NCBI GenBank assembly: GCA_965220095.1
Contig: CBDCPD010000001.1
Span: 20,700 to 84,699, forward strand
From: Dehalococcoidia bacterium
GTDB lineage: Bacteria > Chloroflexota > Dehalococcoidia > Lucifugimonadales > UBA3495
DNA: 64,000 nt
Direction of reading: 5' to 3'
Within the stretch, counting starts at the first letter, position 1, and every line of letters starts with the position of its first letter. Shown here piece after piece: positions 28,786 to 38,067 of the stretch. The notes below the pieces were generated by a model. The model had not been told where the DNA came from. It was given only the letters and a program-made list of their open reading frames with translations, and searched no databases. The translations under genes and the position numbers were made by a program.

Positions 28786-30393
28786 TTATTCGTAGCCGAA
28801 CCGCGGGAAGAGGTCGTGGGACGGCCAGGTTGTTACCGAGTCAATCGCGTCCCGCATCAATCGGACGCGATCACTCTGAAAATCGGAATGCTGCGCCGAC
28901 TTGGAGTTGAAAAGAAGGGCCCAGGTCACGCCATCATGTGTTCGCCGGATCTGGGAAGCGGCACCCGGCAAGCTCCCACCATGCGACCACCTGAGGCTGT
29001 CCCCGACGGGTCGGACCGTCCATCCCATGGCATAGTAATGAGTGGTGTCCCGCAGGGGCGGGTCGTGGCGGGAAAACATCAGATCCACCGTTTCCGGCAA
29101 TAATGGAGACGGCGGCCGACTGCCATCCAAGGCGGACACCAACCGGACCAGGTCCACCGCCGACCCGATCCAGCCGCCCGACGAGTCTTTGCCCCTGACG
29201 TAAAAGCCGCCGTAGGGCCAGGGTACCCGCTCCGGTCCGTCTGGAAATACGGATCGGACTCGGCGATTGGCATCGTGGTAGTAATACCTGACCTCACCAT
29301 CGGCGCGGTCGTCCAGCAGGGAACCGCCGATTTGCATGCTCCCAATCAAGGTCGGTGCCAGGATGTGCTCCGTTATGTAGGTTTCGTAATCCTGGCCGGT
29401 TTTCTTCTTGATTATTCTCCCCAGGACGCAGTAGCCGAAATTTGCGTAGGCGTACCGGGTACCCGGGTCAAAGTCGAGGGGCTGCCCCAGCATGAAATGG
29501 ATCACGTCCGAGCATGAAATTGGCTCGGCAGCCCCAGTTTCGCGAGCTATTCGAGCCGGAGCCCACGTCGGATCAAAGCCAGCGACTTCCTTGTCCCAAC
29601 CGCCGGCGTGGTGCAGCAGATGGCGCACGGTGATCTGGTCTATCCTGGGATCTCGGGAAGCGCCCTCCGGCTCACTGAAATCGGAGAGTATCTCAAAGGC
29701 CTTTTCGTCCAGGTCCAGTTTGCCGTCTTCCACCAGCTTGAGTATGGCGACCGCCGTGACCTGTTTGGAGAGGCTCGCTATGCGGAACAGGGAATCGGGC
29801 TGCACGGGTTCCTGGTTTTCGATGTCGGCCAGGCCATAACCCCTGGCGAATACCAGTCGACCGTCTTTGACTATGGCAAGAGCACCTCCGGGCAGGTTGT
29901 ATCGGTGCATGAGGTTAGCCACGAGCCGGTCGAAAGCCTCCATGCCAACCACTTCGGGCCCGGTTTGTATCGAACCGTAGGGTCCCAGTGGGACCGGAGT
30001 CGCCGTCGGGGCAGGGGTGGGCGTAGGCGATATGGTAAGGGCGGGCATTGGCGCCAACGTCGGCTTGGGTGTCGGTGTGGGACCTGGTGTTGGGGTTGAC
30101 GGCACTGTCGGTTCCGGAATGGGCGTGTCAGCGGCCACTGGCGGCCGTTCCGACGTCGCGTTCGCCGGTGGCTCTGGCGTCGGTGTTGGCGACGTAGCAG
30201 CGACAGGAGTCGGTGTAGCCGCGGGTGCCGGAGCGACCGTAACCGTCGGTGAAAGCGGCGCCTCGGTGGGTTCACCAGCTATTGCACCAGTCGTCGCAGG
30301 TTCGGGCTGGGTGCAGCCGGGGAGTTGCAGGACAATGGTGAGGGCAACTACTGCCATGACGCCGCCGATCGAGTTTCGCAATGCCAAAGTCAT
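28786..30393 (-). CDS. Lipoprotein, serine hydrolase of the beta-lactamase/PBP (class C-like) family
   Basis: LQLPGC lipobox-like signal with a P/T linker. S-x-x-K motif in [24 protein letters not shown]. Its stop lies 4 nt before the start of 26805-28781. Confidence 0.85.
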   Translation of the reverse strand: MTLALRNSIGGVMAVVALTIVLQLPGCTQPEPATTGAIAGEPTEAPLSPTVTVAPAPAATPTPVAATSPTPTPEPPANATSERPPVAADTPIPEPTVPSTPTPGPTPTPKPTLAPMPALTISPTPTPAPTATPVPLGPYGSIQTGPEVVGMEAFDRLVANLMHRYNLPGGALAIVKDGRLVFARGYGLADIENQEPVQPDSLFRIASLSKQVTAVAILKLVEDGKLDLDEKAFEILSDFSEPEGASRDPRIDQITVRHLLHHAGGWDKEVAGFDPTWAPARIARETGAAEPISCSDVIHFMLGQPLDFDPGTRYAYANFGYCVLGRIIKKKTGQDYETYITEHILAPTLIGSMQIGGSLLDDRADGEVRYYYHDANRRVRSVFPDGPERVPWPYGGFYVRGKDSSGGWIGSAVDLVRLVSALDGSRPPSPLLPETVDLMFSRHDPPLRDTTHYYAMGWTVRPVGDSLRWSHGGSLPGAASQIRRTHDGVTWALLFNSKSAQHSDFQSDRVRLMRDAIDSVTTWPSHDLFPRFGYE

Positions 30394-30653
30394 TCAGACT
30401 CCAGAATGGAATCCTGACCTGGGCCAGGCCGCTGGCTCCATTGCCGGAAATACTGGTAGCAGGTGCGCCAATCGGGGAAGTCCGCGGGCAGCATTCGCCA
30501 CTGGCAGCCGCTTTTCAGGAGGTACAGTACGCCGCAGAAAACGTCGTACAAGTCCACGGTGCGGGGCTTGGTCCGGCGTCGGGCCGACTCCAACACGGGC
30601 AGAATCCGGGCGAATTGCTCCCGGCTGATGTCGCTGGGATAGGAATGAGACAT
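30390..30653 (-). pseudogene. N-terminal fragment of an IS5-family transposase (DUF4096-type)
   Basis: ISREQFARILPVLESARRRTKPRTVDLYDVFCGVLYLLKSGCQWRMLPADFPDWRTCYQYFRQW. There is no DDE part. Its stop overlaps the ATG of 28786-30393 (ATGA). Confidence 0.6.
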
Positions 30654-30683
30654 GATTACCCCTCCCCTGATGATAGTCTCAAC

Positions 30684-31102
30684 TTAACCTATTTCAGAGA
30701 TCATAGACAGGTTCTCACCGAGGAAGCACGCACGGTGCTCCACCGCCCCTCCCCCCAGAGGCAGCATCCCCACAGGCGCTGCCACCACCAGCCGGTTCAC
30801 CAGCTCCACCGCATCAGCCCGGGCAAGGTCAGACACCATGCACCGGACCACGTACGCCATCTGCCCCATGTGTTCCGAGACGAAATTGTTGCGCCAGACC
30901 TCAACTGGCCCATACCATACCCCAATTCCGAAACGCGCTCAAACACAGCCCCCTGCGTGTAATCGAAGTATCGGCAACCATCCCAAAAATCAATCGTGAA
31001 AACGTTGTGTCCACCCTCTTCACCAGGGAGCCGGCGACCGTCCGCGTTCTCCCACCATTCGGTGACGAACGCTGCAGCGTCAACTTGGTCGTGCATTGCC
31101 AT
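30684..31102 (-). pseudogene. Hypothetical gene split by one frameshift
   Basis: ORFs 30797-31102 and 30684-30869 join into one reading frame near 30870 (…FERVSELGYGMG / …WRNNFVSEHMGQMAYVV…). No family recognised. Confidence 0.3.
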
Positions 31103-31348
31103 TCAGCAGCTCGAATCCCCGTTTTGCAAAAACGATCTCGTGCTTCCTTTAGATTGTAGTGAAAACCGAGAAACCCCCGTTCTGCGATCACCAAAAAACC
31201 CTGACCAGGGCCGATATTGAGCACGAAAAGCCGCGTTTCACACCCCGGGCGACGCGTTTTCCGCGTCCTGACAGAACGGTCATCCAGGCAAGAGAACGGC
31301 GCCTCGAACCGGCGCCAGAAGACACGAAAAAGCTCGACGCGCCCCTCG

Positions 31349-31903
31349 CTACGGGACCGCATCCATGCTGTAGTCGCTGCCCACGATGGGCAAGTAAATC
31401 CGGAGCGTGACCTGCACGTTAGCGTGTCCTAACCACGAACTGACTATGTTCAGCGGAACACCACCGGAAACTAACCAATGCCGGGCTGCACTATGCCGCA
31501 GGCTATGAGCGCCGGCCCTACGTTTCCCGGTACCTGGCGACTCCTCGTCGAGACCTGCCCACTGGATGCCGTCACCAATGTGACGCAACGCCGTCCGCAT
31601 CGCGAGCGCCACCACCTTGTCCCGTGGCGAACGGTTCGCCGGCCAGTTGGTGAAGAGCTGCACCAAGTCCCGGTGCAACCGGACGGTTCTCGCCCGATGG
31701 CTCTTTGACTTCCGGACCAGCAACGTCGGTGGCTCGCCGGCGTAATCGAGATCTCGCCATTCGAGTTCGAGGACCTCGGAAACCCGCAGACCGGTGCGCC
31801 ACATGATGAGCACCGCGGTGCGCGCCTGATGTCGGTTATGAGCTGCCAGGGCGTCCAGCAGACGCTGAACCTGGTCGGCCGTCCAGTAATGAGGAACATC
31901 CAT
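31349..31903 (-). CDS. Short (184 aa) tyrosine recombinase, catalytic domain only
   Basis: R in RTGLRVSEVLEL, HSLRHSAARH, and LGHANVQVTLRIY (R-H-R-H-Y set). No N-terminal SAM-like domain. Confidence 0.8.
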   Translation of the reverse strand: MDVPHYWTADQVQRLLDALAAHNRHQARTAVLIMWRTGLRVSEVLELEWRDLDYAGEPPTLLVRKSKSHRARTVRLHRDLVQLFTNWPANRSPRDKVVALAMRTALRHIGDGIQWAGLDEESPGTGKRRAGAHSLRHSAARHWLVSGGVPLNIVSSWLGHANVQVTLRIYLPIVGSDYSMDAVP

Positions 31904-31905
31904 AG

Positions 31906-31934
31906 TGGCAGATTACACCAAACGAAGTCTGCCA
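31906..31934. repeat. 29-bp palindrome TGGCAGATTA-N9-GAAGTCTGCCA, 2 nt upstream of the recombinase start codon
   Basis: Arms related to the sites at 31994, 33024 and 21445. Confidence 0.75.
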
Positions 31935-31993
31935 GAAAAGGCCGTGCTGTCATCCTGTTCCCCGAACGACGATACCCACCGGGCAGTCAAAAG

Positions 31994-32020
31994 TGGCAGA
32001 GTTGGGGGCAAAGTCTGCCA
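31994..32020. repeat. Palindromic site GTGGCAGAGTT-GGGGGC-AAAGTCTGCCA (11-6-11 layout)
   Basis: Seen directly. Lies upstream of the Uma2 gene. Confidence 0.8.
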
Positions 32021-32256
32021 ACCACAGACCATCAGTCTTCGCCAAGCAATCTGCCTACCACACCATCGTCCATCAACGGATGTCCTGGCGCATGTCACAC
32101 AAGGCATCTGCACGGGAGACCGTTCCGCCCAGCCTCATCCTGCCGCCCGCGGCCGAATAACCCTCGGCCCGACCCGGGCCAACAAGAGTTATAATCCGAC
32201 GTATCAACCAGGCGCGTCCCCGACCGGCTAACACGCTAACCCTCACGAGGTTCAGC

Positions 32257-32964
32257 ATGACCACTGCCAAGACACCCAACCCTCAAAGCCGTTTCCGGCT
32301 TCCAGATCCGCCTCCGAGAGAACCGGACGAGATGACCGCCTTCGACCATGTCTACAAGCACGGCAACAACCGCTACCTAGCCATCCACCTCGGCAACCAA
32401 GACACAACCTTGGTCGTCGCCGACCGCTGGATAATCGCTCACCCTGACGCCGACCGGTCAAGAGCACGCCGGCCCGACCTGCTCATCGCCTTCGACGTGG
32501 ACCCCGCGGCTTACCACGCCTCCAACGGTTACATCGTCTCCGAACAGGGCAAGCCGCCCGACTTCGTCCTCGAAGTCGCCTCCGAGAGCACCGGAGCCAC
32601 CGACACCGGCGCCAAGCGCCAGGACTACGCCGCCCTAGGCATCTCCGAATACTGGCGCTTCGACGAAACCGGACAGCACCACGGCGTTCGCCTCGCCGGC
32701 GACCAGATTGTCGGCGACCGATACCGACCTATCACCATCGAGCAACTGCCCGACGGCACCCTGCAGGGCTACAGCCCTGCGCTCAACCTATTCCTGCACT
32801 GGCAGGACGGCCAGCTACTCTGGATCGACCCAGCGACGCAGCAGCCCATCCTCACCTACGAGGACCAGCTATCCCGCGCCGAACAGGCCGAAGCCCGCGC
32901 CCAGCAGGCCGCTGCCCGCATCAGCGAGCTCGAGAACGAAGTCCGCCGCCTCCGGGGACAATAA
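32257..32964 (+). CDS. Uma2-family (DUF820, PD-(D/E)xK) endonuclease
   Basis: RPDLLIAFDV...KPPDFVLEVASEST...KRQDYAALGISEYWRFD, plus a C-terminal coiled-coil AEARAQQAAARISELENEVRRL. Confidence 0.8.
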   Translation: MTTAKTPNPQSRFRLPDPPPREPDEMTAFDHVYKHGNNRYLAIHLGNQDTTLVVADRWIIAHPDADRSRARRPDLLIAFDVDPAAYHASNGYIVSEQGKPPDFVLEVASESTGATDTGAKRQDYAALGISEYWRFDETGQHHGVRLAGDQIVGDRYRPITIEQLPDGTLQGYSPALNLFLHWQDGQLLWIDPATQQPILTYEDQLSRAEQAEARAQQAAARISELENEVRRLRGQ

Positions 32965-33023
32965 CCCAGAGCATCGAATCCGACTCGACAGCTGGAGGCG
33001 TTGGTCGACCAGCGCCCCCCAAG

Positions 33024-33050
33024 TGGCAGAGTTGTGCGCAAACTCTGCCG
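33024..33050. repeat. Palindromic site GTGGCAGAGTT-GTGCGC-AAACTCTGCCG (11-6-11 layout)
   Basis: Perfect 9-bp arms GGCAGAGTT/AACTCTGCC. Lies 59 nt downstream of the Uma2 stop. Confidence 0.8.
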
Positions 33051-33230
33051 CCAAGCCCGACCCCACCAGATCCCCCGACTTTTCCTCACCGTAGAGCCTT
33101 GGATGACCCAGTTCCTCGAATATCTCACCAGCGCGCCGAGCCACGTTGCGTAGAGCCGAAGGACATTACACCAACGAACACAATGTCAAAAACGTGACGC
33201 CCAACACATTGATGAGAGGCCAATTTCGCG

Positions 33231-34102
33231 TAGGGGGTGTCGTCAAAAGAGTTTGCTCCAGATCATCACTGCCCGGAGCTGGCAGATGGCCAAATACGAC
33301 GCCGTTCTCTTGGCATAGCGGGTCGCCACCCCGTGCCACTGCTTGAATTCCAGGAATCCGTTCTCCACCAGGTGCCGCAGCTTGTACAGCGCCCGGTCAT
33401 AGTCCCGCTTTTCTCTCCGGGTGCTTTTGGGCGGTATCACCGGGTCCATTCCCAATTCCCGGACGGTGGCTATGATTTCATTGGTGTCATAGGCTTTGTC
33501 AGCCAGCAGGCACTCCGCTGCTATGCCCTCAATCAGAGGCAAAGCCTGGGAGCAGTCGGCAAACGTACCCTCGGTCACCGCCAGCCTTACCGGCATTCCG
33601 TGGGAATCCACCGCCAGGTGCAGCTTGCTGTTCAGCCCCCTTTTGTGCGGGCAATGGACTGATTTCCGCCCCGGGCGCCGGCGCTGTGGGGATGGGCCTT
33701 GATATAGCTGGCGTCTATCATCAGCCACTCGAAATCAGGGTCATCAATCACCGCCTCCAACAGTCCGGCCCACACGCCCCGGTCCCGCCAGCGGCAGAAG
33801 CGGCGGTGGGTGTTCTTACTATCTCCGTAGTCCGGGGGCAAATCTCGCCAAGGAGCGCCGGTGCGCAGAATCCAGCACACGGCGTCAATAAACCGCCGGT
33901 TGTCCCCGTGTCGTGGCACGGGGCAGGCTCTGGGCCGGTCGGCCCCGCTTGCCCTCTCCCCCAGGCAAATGCGGCCTCAACCGCTCCCAAACCGCATCGG
34001 TCATATCGTGGCGCCGGTGCGCTACCGTCATACCCCCACCTTCCACACTCTCCCCATTTCCAACAATTTACCACCCTACCGCCATTTTGACGACACCCCC
34101 TA
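33231..34102 (-). mobile_element. IS5-family (IS427-group-like) insertion sequence, 872 bp
   Basis: Perfect 18-bp terminal inverted repeats TAGGGGGTGTCGTCAAAA (33231-33248) and TTTTGACGACACCCCCTA (34085-34102). TA on both flanks is a possible target duplication. A second, truncated copy lies at 46816-47141. Confidence 0.85.
33243..34004 (-). CDS. IS5/IS427-type transposase (orfA-orfB, -1 frameshift)
   Basis: orfA (RRFIDAVCWILRTGAPWRDLP) ends at ...ARTKGG* and orfB continues as ...KRGLNSKLHLAVD after a -1 slip on ACAAAAGGGGG (~33640). The DDE C-terminus is ADKAYD...LVENGFLEFKQWHGVATRY. The first ~25 codons from ATG 34004 (MTDAVWERLRPHLPGGEGKRGRP) are in yet another frame, so this copy may be defective. 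Confidence 0.7.
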
Positions 34103-34975
34103 ATAACCCGGCAGTTCTGAGGGCGATGAGGGCGCAGGCGAAATGAAGAAAGGCGATGTAGTTGTCGGGAGACTTGTCCCAGCGCACCAGGATGCGCCGG
34201 AATCGGTTCAGCCAACTGTGAGTGCGTCCACCACCCAGCGCCTGGCTTTGAATCCGGCCTCCCGTTTGATGGCCTGAGCCTCTTCGCCTCGAGTGCGAAT
34301 GTGGGCGGTGAAACCGAACTCGTCCACGATGCGGCGCACCTCAGCGAAGTCGTAGCCCTTGTCCATGCACAGACCCTGGGGATGCTCTGGGCTGGGCGCG
34401 GGGCGTGGCGCGGGGAGGCTGTCCACCGTGGCCCGCACCAGTTTCATGTCGTGGCGGTTGGCCCCAGCCGCTGCCAGCCCCACCGGAATGCCCTGGGCTT
34501 CGGTCAACAGGCTACGTTTGACCCCCCGCTTGCCGCGGTCGGTGGGGTTGGCGCCGGTTTTTCCCCCGCCCAAGGGCGATTTGGTCAGGGCGCCGTCCCT
34601 GCTCACCCAACTCCAGTCCAGACCCTTCAGTTCGTCATAGCGTTCCAGTCCCACCCGCCACAGCTCCAGAAACACCCCAGCGGCAACCCATTCCTGAAAG
34701 CGCAGATGGGCGGTGGAACCGGAGCAAATGCCGGTGGCGTCCAAGGCTTTCCACTGGCAGCCGGTGCGCAGCACGTAGCAGATGCCATTGGCGCAGGTAC
34801 GGTCGGGAACCCGCGGCCGGCCCCCGCCGAACCGATGGGTGTTCACACGCTCGGGGATCAGGGGCGCCAGCACTTCCCACAGCTCGTCGGAGATCTGGAA
34901 CGCGCCGGTGGTGGGATTGGTGGCAGGCCCAGCACGCTTCGGACGAGGTGGCTTGGGGTCTTTCGCTTTGGTCAT
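34103..34975 (-). pseudogene. IS5-family DDE transposase, frameshifted and interrupted near its 3' end by the IS at 33231-34102
   Basis: SDELWEVLAPLIPE...YVLRTGCQWKALD...MDKGYD. After RWVV a 1-nt loss (~34232) is needed to read ERTHSWLNRFRRILVRWDKSPDNYIAFLHFACALIALRTAGL, which runs into the inserted IS. Confidence 0.75.
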
Positions 34976-35205
34976 TACCCCAGTCTAGCCGCAACCCTGA
35001 CTCGCGTCCCCCAATGGGCAGGCACGTTTCTGCCAGTTATTAGGATAGGCTCTAAGTATATTGGCGAACATCCGCCGTATCGGGCTGGCGTATTCCATGG
35101 CTAAGCCTCACTTATATATACGTCGCGTTGTGGTGACCGGTTAAACACCCCCGCGCGATTGCTTCGAATGGCCGCAGGCTGACCCTGGCGGAACAATAGG
35201 ATCGA

Positions 35206-36171
35206 TCAACCTCTCAAACTCAGTAATATCCGCTCCGCCTCCTGGCAAATGTCGTCGACCACTTCGGCAGCGGGGCGAATGGCGTTCACCGCTCCGGCCC
35301 CCTGCCCCATGTAGACGGACGAAAGCTCCGGATCGTGACGAGCCCTGGCCGCGGCCACGTCCGAGGCCAGTTCTTCCCGGTGCTCCATTATTTCAGCATC
35401 TCTGCCGTCCCACTCCCGAACCAGCCGGTTGCGGTAAACTCGCCCTGCAATGCCATCCGGCCAGGGTGTGTTGCCCAGCAGATCGTACAGCCGCGTAAAG
35501 GCCGTATCCTGGCCATCAGACAGCAGGATGCGCTCCTTGAAAGCATCCGGCACCTCCACGGCTTCCGGAGTAGCCAGCAGGGCAGTACCCAGGGACGCTC
35601 CTTCGGCGCCGGCGGCCAGGACGGCCGCCAAAGTCCGACCCGTTGTGATGCCTCCCGCGGCCAGCGCGGGAATTTGTGGGTACTTCTCCACCACAGCGGT
35701 AAGCAGGGACAGCAGATTCATCCCGCCGGTATGTCCACCGGCCTCATTGCCCTGGGCCAGGAGCACGTCCGCCTCGGCGTCAGCAGCTACTCTGGCGCCT
35801 TCCAGGGACTGCACCTGGCAGATGGCGGTCGCTCCCACATCCTTGGCCCGCTCTAACCACGGCCGCGGGCTACTGAACGAGAAAATGACCACAGGGACCC
35901 TTTCCTCCAGGACGATCTCAAAGTTCTGGGGGTCAGCCTCGATGAGCTGGGTGATGAACCCGACCCCGAATGGCCGGTCGGTAGTGGCTCGGATGTGCTG
36001 GATCTGCTGCCGGAGCCAATCCGGTCCGAAGCCGTTGCTGCCGCCGAAGGTGCCCAGCCCGCCGGCCTGCGACACCGCCGCCGCCAGTTTGCCTCCGCTG
36101 TGGTCACTCATCGGCGCATTCATCACCGGGAGCGTCAGCCCCAGCAGGTCGCTGAATCGGGTGCGTAGCAC
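35206..36171 (-). CDS. Nitronate monooxygenase (NMO/2-nitropropane dioxygenase family, FMN TIM barrel)
   Basis: LLGLTLPVMNAPMSDHSGGKLAAAVSQAGGLGTFGG...NEAGGHTGG. GTG 36171 lies 11 nt after the stop of the upstream fragment. The ORF-track start 36300 overlaps that fragment. Confidence 0.8.
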   Translation of the reverse strand: MLRTRFSDLLGLTLPVMNAPMSDHSGGKLAAAVSQAGGLGTFGGSNGFGPDWLRQQIQHIRATTDRPFGVGFITQLIEADPQNFEIVLEERVPVVIFSFSSPRPWLERAKDVGATAICQVQSLEGARVAADAEADVLLAQGNEAGGHTGGMNLLSLLTAVVEKYPQIPALAAGGITTGRTLAAVLAAGAEGASLGTALLATPEAVEVPDAFKERILLSDGQDTAFTRLYDLLGNTPWPDGIAGRVYRNRLVREWDGRDAEIMEHREELASDVAAARARHDPELSSVYMGQGAGAVNAIRPAAEVVDDICQEAERILLSLRG

Positions 36172-36182
36172 AGCCGGTCCGT

Positions 36183-36674
36183 TCAGACACCCGGGTGGGC
36201 CTGCATCGCGTCCAGCAGGCGCGTCACGTTGGGCGTGGTGTCCACCTCGCGATATATCCGGAGCAACGGCTCGGTGCCTGGGAAACGGGCGGCGACCCAT
36301 CCGACGTCCAGCATCCAGCGACGTCCGTCGATTTCGTCCATGCCGCGCACGGGCATACCGGCCAGGTCGGTGAGCGGCTCGCCGGAAAGTCTCTCCATGA
36401 TCGCCGCCCTGTGCGCCGGGTTGAACCCAACGTCCCGCCGCTCGTAGCGATGCTCACCAACCAGGTCGAACAGGTGGGCTACCATTCCGGATGCCGTCAT
36501 CCCGGCGACGGCCATGTATTCCAGCAGCAACAGTCCGCTCAGGATCCCGTCCCGCTCCGGGATGTGGCCTCGGAAGGCGTAACCCCCGCTCTCCTCGCCT
36601 CCCAGCAGGGCGTCGTCCGCTGGGAAGCGAGGGCCGATGTTCTTAAACCCGACCGGCATCTCCGCGATATCCAC
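36183..36674 (-). pseudogene. C-terminal fragment of a phosphoglucomutase/phosphomannomutase
   Basis: EMPVGFKNIG...LLGGEESGGYAFRGHIPERDGI...PLLRIY (domains III-IV). Domains I-II are absent. Upstream sequence in the same ORF is IS256 DNA read out of frame. Confidence 0.7.
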
Positions 36675-37110
36675 AGCTCGGCCACCTGGGGAAAGGGCTC
36701 CCGGAGTTGTTCCACCACTCGATCCAATTGGCCGGGGACCTCTGCGGGAGACAGTTGCTGGTAGATGGTGCGCACCATGCGAGAAGGTCCTGGGTAGCCA
36801 CGCCGGGTTGGGCGCCCTTGGGCACTCGGGTGAGCAGGTTGGCCATGAAGTGGGTGCGGCAGCGCTGCCAGCTGGCAGATGGCGTTCTTCAGCCCCCCTG
36901 CTTTCGCAGGGGCAGGCTCTGGTGGGCATCGGAGGTTACCACCTCCACCCCGCTGAGCCCCCGAGCCGTCAGCGAGCGGAGGAAGGCCAGCCAAAGGGGG
37001 TTGGCCCAGAAAACTCTCCACCACTTCTCCCGAATGAAAGCGCCCGGCCGTCATCGAGCCGGGAGAGTCGCCATCGCCTGGCTTTGTATTGACTCTAGCC
37101 GCCCTTCGTG
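36675..37110 (-). pseudogene. IS256-family transposase remnant (several frames)
   Basis: Pieces read in different frames: AFWANPLWLAFLRSLTARGLSGVEVVTSDAHQSL, WQRCRTHFMANLLTRVPKGAQPGVATQ, and MVRTIYQQLSPAEVPGQLDRVVEQLREPFPQVAEL. Confidence 0.7.
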
Positions 37111-37587
37111 CGGGGCCGGAGGGGCGGGTCTGCTTGGCCCGGGGGTCTGCGGTTTGGGCGGCGCGGATACTCTGAACATCGAATGCTCCTGGTGGCAGGA
37201 CTGTCCCTGCATTGTACCGCCCCGCGTCAGCTCCGCATACTTCCGCTGCTGACGCGGGGGATAACATCCCAACACTCAATTCGGACGACCGGTTCTCAAC
37301 CATCCCCGCACTGATGGCAGCCCCGCGCTTGCGGGTAGAATGGTTGGGTAGCCCGTCATTCCCCGGCTGCTGGAGTGGACCCCCATGACCTCACCATCTG
37401 CCAAATCGTCTCGATTTCCGAGGCTGCCGCAGAACTGCGACGTCTGCGGCGACCAATTACCCTCGCATCTGGCCCGCATCGGCGTCACCCGACACCCCCA
37501 GTGCCGCGACGGCGGCCACCCACCGTAGGTGAGTATGGGCGCCAGGAATCAATCCCGACGCGGCCAATTACCGGTCGCAGGTCCATC

Positions 37588-37815
37588 TCAACTATCGAAC
37601 GTCGGGTATGGTTCATTATCGTCAAGGTTGGCGACAGCCTGGGCGAGACGTTCGGCAACTTCATCGGCCGACTGGCCGCAACACTGGCAGTTCTGACACC
37701 GGTAATCCCCGCCTTTGGCGCCAACGTCCTGGTTGTCCACCCGGTACTGCCAGACCGTGATCACGCCGCAATGCTGACAATGGTCAAAGACGGCAACTGG
37801 TTTAGGCTGGCTCAT
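37588..37815 (-). CDS. Small Cys-rich (zinc-ribbon-like) hypothetical protein
   Basis: MSQPKPVAVFDHCQHCGVITVWQYRV...YRCQNCQCCG (CxxC ... CxxCxC). GGAAGGA precedes the ATG. Confidence 0.35.
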   Translation of the reverse strand: MSQPKPVAVFDHCQHCGVITVWQYRVDNQDVGAKGGDYRCQNCQCCGQSADEVAERLAQAVANLDDNEPYPTFDS

Positions 37816-37867
37816 CGGCATCCTTCCAGTATGCATTCTACCGCGCGATGCCTGGCGCAGATACCTT

Positions 37868-37903
37868 GAAGCAGGACGAATTGCGGAAGCAGGACGAATT
37901 GCG
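37868..37903. repeat. Perfect 18-bp tandem duplication GAAGCAGGACGAATTGCG x2
   Basis: 37868-37885 equals 37886-37903. Confidence 0.9.
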
Positions 37904-38067
37904 CGCCGCCGCCGGACAGTGTTCGGAGAGATCGCATTGCCTCAAATAGCGGGAATTTTCGTTCCGTTTGCTGCGGCATTACGCGTCGTCGGTGCAGCAT
38001 CGCAAGTATCACAACATAGACATCAATACCGTAGAGGTCGAAGGGTTGTCTGGGATGTAGGCGATTA

